Of a stretch of DNA of 54,328 bases, positions 47,095 through 54,328 are shown piece after piece. The stretch lies in the NCBI GenBank assembly GCA_017559855.1, contig JAFYQP010000040.1:1-54328 (forward strand). The letters run 5' to 3'. Source of the stretch: Clostridia bacterium. Lineage in GTDB: Bacteria; Bacillota; Clostridia; Oscillospirales; JAAYXM01. The position numbers and the translations under genes are program-made. Numbering within the stretch: the first letter of the stretch is position 1; each line of letters starts with the position of its first letter. The notes beneath the pieces are model-generated. The model saw only the letters and a list, made by a program, of their open reading frames with translations. It searched no databases and was not told the DNA's origin.

Positions 47095-48441
47095 TTAGAA
47101 TACGCCTTCTGCGAGCATTGCCTCTGCAACTTTCTTAAAGCCTGCGATGTTAGCACCTGCGATAAGGTCGTAGCCGAGACCAACTTCTTCAGCTGCCTTT
47201 GCGGAGTTATCGTGGATATTCTTCATAATGAGGTGGAGTTTTTCGTCAACCTCTGCCGGCTCCCAACTGTAACGCATGGAGTTCTGAGCCATTTCAAGAG
47301 CACTTGTAGCAACGCCGCCTGCGTTAACCGCCTTGGACGGAGCAACGATCTTAACGTTCTTCTTAAGATACTCGATAGCCTCGTTGGTAGTGGGCATGTT
47401 AGCAACTTCGATGTAGTATTCAACACCGTTTGCAACGATCTGTTCTGCTTCCTTCATGCCGATTTCGTTCTGGTATGCACAGGGCATGCAGATATCAACC
47501 TTCTCGCCCCAAACCTTAGCACCGGGAACGAACTTGCAGCCAAACTTGTCAGCGTAGTCCTGAGCACGGTCACGACCGGAAGAACGCATCTCAAGGAGGA
47601 ATGCGATTTTCTCTTCGGTAACGACACCGTCCGGATCATAGCAGTAGCCATCAGGACCGGAAATGGTAACAACCTTACCGCCGAGTTCTGCAACCTTCTC
47701 GCAAACACCCCAAGCAACGTTACCGAAACCGGAAACTGCAACGGTCTTACCCTTGATGGTATCGCCGTAGTGCTTAAGAACTTCTTCAAGGTAGTAAACA
47801 GCACCGTAACCGGTAGCCTCAGGACGGAAGTAAGAACCGCCGTAGGAGAGACCTTTACCGGTAATTACGCCGTTCTGCCAGGTAGCCTTGATTCTCTTGT
47901 ACTGACCGTAGAGGAAACCAACCTCACGTGCACCAACGCCAACGTCACCTGCGGGAACGTCAACGTCCGGGCCGATATGACGGTAAAGTTCGGTCATAAA
48001 TGCCTGACAGAAACGCATGATTTCATTGTCACTCTTACCACGGGGGTCAAAGTCAGAACCACCCTTACCGCCGCCGATGGGAAGACCGGTAAGTGCATTT
48101 TTAAATGTCTGCTCGAAAGCAAGGAACTTCATTGTGTCGAGGGTAACCGAGGGATGGAAACGAAGACCACCCTTGTACGGGCCGATAGCACCGTTGAACT
48201 GAACACGGAAACCACGGTTAGTATGGAAGTTGCCTTCATCATCCTGCCAGGTAACACGGAAGGAGATCTGGCGATCAGGTTCGCAAAGTCTCTCAAGAAG
48301 ACCTGCTTTTTCATATTCGGGATGCTGAGCAACGATAGGCTCAATACTTGCGAAAACCTCTTCTACAGTTTGAATGAAGAGATCTTCACCTTTGTTACGT
48401 GCCTTAACTTCGTCAAGGACTCTTTGCATATAAGGTGTCAT
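47095..48441 (-). CDS. gdhA: NADP-specific glutamate dehydrogenase
   Basis: 448 aa with RVTWQDDEGNFHTNRGFRVQFNGAIGPYKGGLRFHPSV and the GGGKGGSDFDP catalytic Lys region. Confidence 0.95.
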   Translation of the reverse strand: MTPYMQRVLDEVKARNKGEDLFIQTVEEVFASIEPIVAQHPEYEKAGLLERLCEPDRQISFRVTWQDDEGNFHTNRGFRVQFNGAIGPYKGGLRFHPSVTLDTMKFLAFEQTFKNALTGLPIGGGKGGSDFDPRGKSDNEIMRFCQAFMTELYRHIGPDVDVPAGDVGVGAREVGFLYGQYKRIKATWQNGVITGKGLSYGGSYFRPEATGYGAVYYLEEVLKHYGDTIKGKTVAVSGFGNVAWGVCEKVAELGGKVVTISGPDGYCYDPDGVVTEEKIAFLLEMRSSGRDRAQDYADKFGCKFVPGAKVWGEKVDICMPCAYQNEIGMKEAEQIVANGVEYYIEVANMPTTNEAIEYLKKNVKIVAPSKAVNAGGVATSALEMAQNSMRYSWEPAEVDEKLHLIMKNIHDNSAKAAEEVGLGYDLIAGANIAGFKKVAEAMLAEGVF

Positions 48442-48723
48442 TTTTCATTTCCTCCTATATATAAAGAAATAATTGGGTTTAGTGCTATGTCTTCATTATA
48501 GCACTAAAAAAAATAAAGTCAAACAAAAAGATAAAATAAGTAGAAAAAGCGAAAGTTTGCATAAAATTCAAAAATATTTTATAGTAAATATATGATGCCA
48601 TGATATAATTTAAGCACATAAAAGGAAAATTCACAATTAATTTACACTTTGTTAACCCGTTTTTTTCTTTTTTATGGTTTAATATAATGGTGAAATGCAA
48701 AAATTTGACAAGGAGTATCAAAT

Positions 48724-50385
48724 ATGAAGAAGAATAGCAAACTGAAAAAATGGTTGTTTATTGCAATCCCCATAGTTGTTGTGACCGCCATTGTTATTTC
48801 CCTTATTCCGGGGAAAAGGGGCAAAACGATGATGGATATACAGTACACCACCGAAAAGGCGGAGCGACGCACGATTATCAGCAGTTTAAGTGGAAGCGGA
48901 GCACTGCAACCGGCAAACTCCTACACGGTAACAACCCTTGTGGAGGGTGAGGTGCTAAGTGCGGATTTTGAGGAAGGAGATATTGTAGAAAAAGACAGTA
49001 TTCTCTATGTTATTGACAGTTCCGATACCGCTAACAATATTGAACGGTCACAGATTTCTTTAAGACAAGCACAGAAAAGTTACAATGACAGCATGGAGAA
49101 AAAATATATAAAGGCACCGATTAACGGCAAGGTGTTCAGCCTTGATGTTGAGGTGGGTGACGAGGTGCGTCAGGGGCAGACCGTGGCAACCATTCGTGAC
49201 AGTGATACAATGGACCTTACCGTACCGTTTCCTGCAGATGATGCGAAGAACATATTGGCAGGGGACAGTGCAACGGTAACTCTTGATAATTCATTCGAAA
49301 CCCTCTACGGTACGGTTAAGAGCGTATCCGGCAGCGACATCGTAGGCATGGGCAATACCATTACAAGAAACGTTAAAATTTCGGTTAAAAATCCGGGCGG
49401 TCTCGGCCTTGAACAGGCAGCAACCGCAAGCGTAAACGGTGTAAACTGTTCGGCACCCGGTAAATTTGAATACAAAGCAGAGAGCACCGTAACAGCGGAG
49501 GTTAGCGGCACGGTTGTCTCCATTCAGGCAAATGAAGGCAGTTTGGTGTCAAAAGATCAAGTGCTTATTACGCTCGGCGGCAGCGACCTTGAAAATTCCT
49601 TGCAGAATGCAAGAGATAATTTAAGAAATGCCGAACTTTCAATGGAAAATACGCAAAATCAACTTGATAACTACACTATTAAATCCCCGATTGAGGGAAC
49701 CATAGTAGATAAAGAATACAAGACGGGTGACACAATCGAGGGTGGAAAAACCCTTTGTACCATATATGATTTAAGTTACCTTGAAATGGATATGAGCATC
49801 GACGAGCTTGATATAAGCAAGGTTTCCGTGGGGCAGAGTGTGCAGATAACCGCAGATGCGGTGGAGGGCAAGGTCTATACGGGAACGATTACCAAGGTGT
49901 CCGTGGTAAGCGAGGCTACCAATATGGGTGCCACTTCATATCCGGTAACCGTACGGATTGACGAGACCGAAGGACTTCGTCCGGGAATGAACGTCGATGC
50001 GGAAATCGTCCTTGCCGAGGCACGTGACGTGATTACCGTTCCAAGCGGTGCGGTAAATCGAGGTAACGTAGTACTTGTTACCGAGAATTCACCGAGTGCA
50101 AAAAACAAAACGGAACTTAAAGCACCGGAGGGCTACGTTTACGTAGAGGTAGAAACCGGCGTAAGCGATGACAATTATATCGAAATCAAATCCGGTATTA
50201 CTGAAAAGGACACGATAGCATACGTTGCGGCAAATACCGGCAGCGGACTCCCCTTCCCCATAGGCGGAATGGGCGGCGGTATGTCGCCGGGCGGAATGGG
50301 TAGCGGTATGCAATCGGGTGGAAACCGTCCTTCCGGCGTAAGCGGTGGCAGACAATACGGCGGAGCGGGAGGTTTCGGCCGATGA
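48724..50385 (+). CDS. HlyD/MacA-like efflux adaptor (membrane fusion protein) with Gly/Met-rich tail
   Basis: N-terminal TM anchor, then lipoyl/beta-barrel-like repeats (…VEGEVLSADFEEGDIVEKDSILYVID…). The C-terminus is GGMGGGMSPGGMGSGMQSGGNRPSGVSGGRQYGGAGGFGR. Confidence 0.8.
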   Translation: MKKNSKLKKWLFIAIPIVVVTAIVISLIPGKRGKTMMDIQYTTEKAERRTIISSLSGSGALQPANSYTVTTLVEGEVLSADFEEGDIVEKDSILYVIDSSDTANNIERSQISLRQAQKSYNDSMEKKYIKAPINGKVFSLDVEVGDEVRQGQTVATIRDSDTMDLTVPFPADDAKNILAGDSATVTLDNSFETLYGTVKSVSGSDIVGMGNTITRNVKISVKNPGGLGLEQAATASVNGVNCSAPGKFEYKAESTVTAEVSGTVVSIQANEGSLVSKDQVLITLGGSDLENSLQNARDNLRNAELSMENTQNQLDNYTIKSPIEGTIVDKEYKTGDTIEGGKTLCTIYDLSYLEMDMSIDELDISKVSVGQSVQITADAVEGKVYTGTITKVSVVSEATNMGATSYPVTVRIDETEGLRPGMNVDAEIVLAEARDVITVPSGAVNRGNVVLVTENSPSAKNKTELKAPEGYVYVEVETGVSDDNYIEIKSGITEKDTIAYVAANTGSGLPFPIGGMGGGMSPGGMGSGMQSGGNRPSGVSGGRQYGGAGGFGR

Positions 50386-51119
50386 GTACGCTTATAGAAT
50401 TCCGTGACGTCTGTAAGTACTACCAAATGGGCGATGAAACCGTTCGTGCCGCAGACCATATTTCAATGAAAATTGAAAAGGGTGAGTTCGTGGCTATCGT
50501 AGGTCAGTCCGGTTCGGGTAAATCGACCTGCATGAATATTATCGGCTGTCTTGACGTGCCGACGTCGGGCACCTACCTGCTTGACGGACGTGACGTGGGT
50601 GAGATGAACCGAAACGAACTTGCGGAGATAAGAAACGAACTTTTAGGCTTTATTTTTCAGCAATATAATCTTCTGCCGAAGTTAAGCATCCTTGAAAACG
50701 TAGAAGTTCCCCTGATGTATGCGGGAATATCAAGAAAAGAGCGTCGGGAGAGGGCGACGGAGGCACTTGAAGCGGTAGGTCTTGCAGATAAACTTAAAAA
50801 TAAACCAAGCCAACTCTCAGGCGGTCAGCAACAGCGAGTGTCCATTGCGAGAGCACTTGTGGGACACCCTGCGGTAATTCTTGCCGACGAGCCGACGGGT
50901 GCACTTGACTCTCGTACCGGTCGTGAGGTCATCGCAATTTTGCAAAAATTGCACAAGCAGGGACACACCATTGTTCTCATTACCCATGACGACTCAATCG
51001 CTGTGCAGACAGAGCGGATTATCCGCCTGGAGGACGGACACGTGGTGTACGACGGAGATGCGAAAGCACCTGAGGCAACGGTGCGACACACATCACAGAG
51101 CGAGGAGGGCGGAATATGA
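50382..51119 (+). CDS. ABC transporter ATP-binding protein (MacB/LolD type)
   Basis: Walker A GQSGSGKST, signature LSGGQQQRVSIARAL, Walker B ILADEPTGALD. ATGA overlap with the adaptor gene. Confidence 0.93.
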   Translation: MSTLIEFRDVCKYYQMGDETVRAADHISMKIEKGEFVAIVGQSGSGKSTCMNIIGCLDVPTSGTYLLDGRDVGEMNRNELAEIRNELLGFIFQQYNLLPKLSILENVEVPLMYAGISRKERRERATEALEAVGLADKLKNKPSQLSGGQQQRVSIARALVGHPAVILADEPTGALDSRTGREVIAILQKLHKQGHTIVLITHDDSIAVQTERIIRLEDGHVVYDGDAKAPEATVRHTSQSEEGGI

Positions 51120-52309
51120 ATTTTTTTGAAACTTTCCGCCTGGCTCTTCAAAATATCTGGGCGAGTAAGATGCGTACATTCCTCACAATGTTGGGCATTG
51201 TAATTGGAATTACTGCGGTAATTGTAATTGTGGGGCTTGGCAACGGTATGCAAAAATATATGGAGGACAGTTTTGCATCAATGGGAACAAACAGTCTTAC
51301 CGTATCAATAAGAGGAAGAGGAACGTCAAGAAGTGTTTCTGTGGATGATATGTACGAAATGGTGGAGCAGAACAAAACCGTTTTGGATAAAATTTCTCCC
51401 ACGGTAACAATGCAAAGCCAGATTAAAGTAGGTACGGAGACCTTAAGTTCCACTGCAACGGGTGTAAGCGAGGATTATTTTAAAATCAAGGACTACGAAA
51501 TTGCAGAGGGTAGAGGAATACAATATATTGACGTGGCAGAGCGTAAAAAAATCTGCGTTGTAGGTCAGTATATAAACCAAACCTATTATGCAGGTCGGGC
51601 GGTAGGTGATACCATAAAAATCGGTGCGGACAAACTTACCATCGTGGGCGTTATGGCACAAGAGGCAGACGAAATGGAGGAAGGCGGCACCGACGACAGT
51701 ATTTTTCTCCCTTACTCAACCGCTGCACGACTGTCGGGTATGGGCACAATAAGCACTTTTACAATAACCATATACAATGAGGAGCAGGCGAGTATCGCCA
51801 AGAAAGTTGTGGAAGATACATTATACAAAACCTTCCGAAACTCGGATTCCTATACGGTAATCAGTATGGTGGAGATACTTGATATAATGAACAGTATGAT
51901 AGACGTTATGATTACCATTCTTGCAATTATTGCAGGAATTTCCCTGCTTGTAGGCGGTATAGGAATTATGAACATTATGCTTGTGTCGGTTACCGAGAGA
52001 ACAAGGGAAATCGGTATCCGCAAGGCACTTGGTGCAAAAGAGGGCGTGATTCTGCGTCAGTTCGTAATCGAAGCGGGAACCACAGCGGCGATAGGCGGCA
52101 TTATCGGTATCCTTTTGGGCTATTTCCTCTCAAGAGTTGCAACGGTAATCGTAACCGCACTTTTAGAAACCGAACTTACGGTAGTGCCAAGTGCGGGTTC
52201 GGTACTTCTTGCCTTTGGCGTTTCTGCGGCGGTAGGTGTGATTTTCGGATACTTACCCGCACGAAAAGCGGCACTCTTAAACCCGATTGATGCACTAAGA
52301 TATGATTAA
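51116..52309 (+). CDS. ABC transporter permease (FtsX/MacB type)
   Basis: 397 aa with an N-terminal TM segment, a MacB periplasmic-domain-like region and the C-terminal FtsX motif (ERTREIGIRKALGA). Confidence 0.9.
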   Translation: MNFFETFRLALQNIWASKMRTFLTMLGIVIGITAVIVIVGLGNGMQKYMEDSFASMGTNSLTVSIRGRGTSRSVSVDDMYEMVEQNKTVLDKISPTVTMQSQIKVGTETLSSTATGVSEDYFKIKDYEIAEGRGIQYIDVAERKKICVVGQYINQTYYAGRAVGDTIKIGADKLTIVGVMAQEADEMEEGGTDDSIFLPYSTAARLSGMGTISTFTITIYNEEQASIAKKVVEDTLYKTFRNSDSYTVISMVEILDIMNSMIDVMITILAIIAGISLLVGGIGIMNIMLVSVTERTREIGIRKALGAKEGVILRQFVIEAGTTAAIGGIIGILLGYFLSRVATVIVTALLETELTVVPSAGSVLLAFGVSAAVGVIFGYLPARKAALLNPIDALRYD

Positions 52310-52319
52310 GGAGAATTAT

Positions 52320-54173
52320 ATGAAAAGAATAATATGTTTGCTTCTGACTGTATCAATGTTGTTTTCTTTTACTGCTTTTGCAAATGACGGGGTAAGTGAA
52401 GAGAATATTGTGCAGACGATAAAGGCACTCGGCATTATGCGTGGTGACCAATATGGCAATATGGACTTAGACCGCGATATTGCAAGAGCCGAGTTTGTAA
52501 AAATGATGGTTGCCGCATCAAAGTATAAAGATACCATAAGCGAGGAGGGCAGTGGTTTTTCTCTGTTCTCCGACGTTAAAAACAACCATTGGGCATCCGA
52601 GTACATTCGTGTTGCGGTTAATGAAAAATGGGTAGTCGGCTACACCGACGGAAGTTTTAAACCGAGCAAAACCATAACCTTGGAGGAGGCATGTACCGCA
52701 CTTTTAAGGCTTCTGGGCTACAGTTCGGAGAGTCTGGCAGGTTCTTTCCCCTATGCACAATTGAACAAGGCGGATGCTATAGGACTTCGTGATATGGTAA
52801 ATGCAAAAAAGGGGCAGGAACTTACACGTCGTGATTGTATGTATTTATTCTACAATCTGCTCACCGCGGAAAATTCAGGCGGTCAGGTTTATGCAACAAC
52901 TCTCGGCTATACCGTAACCAATAACAAGGTTGACTATATGAGCGTAATTACCGAGGGAATAAGCGGGCCTTACGTTGCAAACGGTGTGCCGAATCTTCCC
53001 TTTGATACAACCTATGCAACGGTGTATAGAGACGGAAAAGCATCCTCGGTTTCCGCAATATCCCGCTATGACGTATACTATTACAATACGGATATGAAAA
53101 CCGTGTGGGCGTATACCGATCGTGTATCCGGTGTAATTTCCGCCCTTTCACCCAATGCGACAAACCCCACCGGTGTTACCGTAGGCGGTAAGGAGTACAA
53201 AATTGAAACGCCTGAGGCACAGTATAAACTCTCTGCCCTCAGCGGAGCAAAAATCGGCGACGTTACAACCCTCCTCCTCGGAATGAATGGAACGGTTGTA
53301 AGCGTAATCGACTCAAAAGAAACCAACACGGTATATTACGGTGTTGTGCAGAAATGCGTACAGGAACTGGATGATAACAACGGAGCCGCAATAAAGACCA
53401 AACTTACAGTCGCTTGTACAAACGGAAACGTACAGACATTTACGCTTGACCGAGAAGTTGAGTTCACGGTGGGCAAGTTGGTAAGCGTTTCGGTTTCAAA
53501 CGGCAGCATAAAGGTAAACTCCGTTGGAGATAAATCTTTAAGCGGAGTGGTAAGTTCCGGCGGAACAAGACTCGGCACTTATGCTTTTGCGGATAACGTT
53601 TGCATAATTGACGTGTCAAAAGAGGGCGATTTTGTAAAAATAGAGCCTGAACGTATTGCGGGTATTACCTTCACGTCATCTGCGGTGCGTTACTATGTGC
53701 TGAATACAAAAGGCGAGATAAGCCACCTTATCTTAAATGATATTACAGGTGATACCTGGACGTACGGTTATATGACCGATGTGAACAATACGGAGAGTAT
53801 GAGCGGAAATGTATCCACCACCTACACCTATTTGGTAAAGGGAGTGCCTAATTCCCTCAGAAACAGTGCAATTAAGTTCTCGGCAACTACCGGTGGTGTT
53901 GCAATAAGATACGATACCGACGGCTCGGTAAAAAATATGAAAAACACATCATATGTAAAACTTATAGACCTTACCGCAAATGAAGCACGCTCAGACAATA
54001 AAACGTTTAAAATAAGCGATGATGTTCAGGTTTATTTAAAACAAGATGATGAGTATTATCTTACGGACCTTACCTCGATAAACGCAGAGGAATATGACTT
54101 AATGGGACATTATGATAATATAAACGCAATAGCGGGCGGCAGAATCCGCATCATCATCGCAACCGCAAAATAA
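52320..54173 (+). CDS. SLH-domain cell-wall-anchored protein, function unknown
   Basis: AAGGAG followed by the ATG at 52320 gives the signal peptide MKRIICLLLTVSMLFSFTAFA. Three N-terminal SLH-like repeats follow (…FSDVKNNHWASEYIRVAVNEKWVVGYTDGSFKP…). The large C-terminal region has no recognised motif. Confidence 0.75.
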   Translation: MKRIICLLLTVSMLFSFTAFANDGVSEENIVQTIKALGIMRGDQYGNMDLDRDIARAEFVKMMVAASKYKDTISEEGSGFSLFSDVKNNHWASEYIRVAVNEKWVVGYTDGSFKPSKTITLEEACTALLRLLGYSSESLAGSFPYAQLNKADAIGLRDMVNAKKGQELTRRDCMYLFYNLLTAENSGGQVYATTLGYTVTNNKVDYMSVITEGISGPYVANGVPNLPFDTTYATVYRDGKASSVSAISRYDVYYYNTDMKTVWAYTDRVSGVISALSPNATNPTGVTVGGKEYKIETPEAQYKLSALSGAKIGDVTTLLLGMNGTVVSVIDSKETNTVYYGVVQKCVQELDDNNGAAIKTKLTVACTNGNVQTFTLDREVEFTVGKLVSVSVSNGSIKVNSVGDKSLSGVVSSGGTRLGTYAFADNVCIIDVSKEGDFVKIEPERIAGITFTSSAVRYYVLNTKGEISHLILNDITGDTWTYGYMTDVNNTESMSGNVSTTYTYLVKGVPNSLRNSAIKFSATTGGVAIRYDTDGSVKNMKNTSYVKLIDLTANEARSDNKTFKISDDVQVYLKQDDEYYLTDLTSINAEEYDLMGHYDNINAIAGGRIRIIIATAK

Positions 54174-54206
54174 ATAAAAGCCATCTGCTAAAGGCGGTTA
54201 GTCATA

Positions 54207-54321
54207 GGGAGAAGACGGTTTTGAACTAATCTTTTCCGCCAATACTGCATCAAAAAATCAGGTAATACGTCAGTATTACCTGATTTTTATTCTTTCTCTT
54301 GACGAAAAATCTCAATTTCAA
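54207..54321. repeat. ~115-nt repeat copy B
   Basis: Matches 28281..28394 with a handful of substitutions. The hairpin here is AATCAGGTAAT/ATTACCTGATT, so the C-to-T change in one arm is compensated by a G-to-A change in the other arm relative to copy A. Confidence 0.85.
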
Positions 54322-54328
54322 AACTGCA

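Noticed and set aside
47086-48501. 471-aa open reading frame on the plus strand spanning the whole gdhA region
   Set aside because: It is exactly antisense to a textbook glutamate dehydrogenase gene. It has no RBS, its composition is low-complexity (runs of V, T, N, L and C), and it starts inside the terminator hairpin. It is a shadow ORF.

Overview
The window looks like a chromosomal segment of a spore-forming Firmicute (Clostridia-like), judging from spoVAC/spoVAD/spoVAEB, SLH-domain wall proteins and strong GGAGG-type ribosome-binding sites. Gene order is as follows. (1) Glycolytic operon pgk-tpiA-gpmI-eno. (2) A P-type cation ATPase behind a candidate yybP-ykoY (Mn2+) riboswitch. (3) A C-N hydrolase, DUF1015 and amidohydrolase block. 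(4) An AT-rich orphan gene beside a sugar ABC permease pair that has no binding-protein gene, plus a membrane-anchored AraC regulator. (5) HAD hydrolase, polysaccharide deacetylase and a secreted GH18-like SLH protein. (6) A split ChrA pair and an SDR. (7) spoVAC, separated from spoVAD-spoVAEB by about 13 kb. That 13 kb carries sugar catabolism genes (isomerase, FGGY kinase, class II aldolase, mutarotase-like protein, two AraC regulators, MFS and EamA transporters) and pssA-psd. (8) tRNA-Leu(UAA) and initiator tRNA-fMet, followed by two extra copies of the tRNA-fMet 3' end, which look like decayed integration scars. (9) The most unusual locus, about 39.5-47.1 kb. It contains a Mor-like plus tiny-membrane-protein operon transcribed divergently from two overlapping WYL-domain regulators. 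Next comes a ~0.7 kb non-coding gap filled by five covarying stem-loop modules. A DUF2828 (Ro60/TROVE-vWA-like) gene, rtcB (RNA ligase) and a YbjN-like gene follow. I read this as a candidate WYL-controlled, Y-RNA-like RNA-repair or RNA-damage-response system. (10) gdhA and a MacAB-like efflux operon with an SLH protein. A ~115-nt repeat containing a hairpin with one compensatory base-pair change occurs twice (28.3 kb and 54.2 kb). I recognised no rRNA, CRISPR array, transposase or integrase. All calls rest on reading the sequence and recalling motifs; no database search was run.
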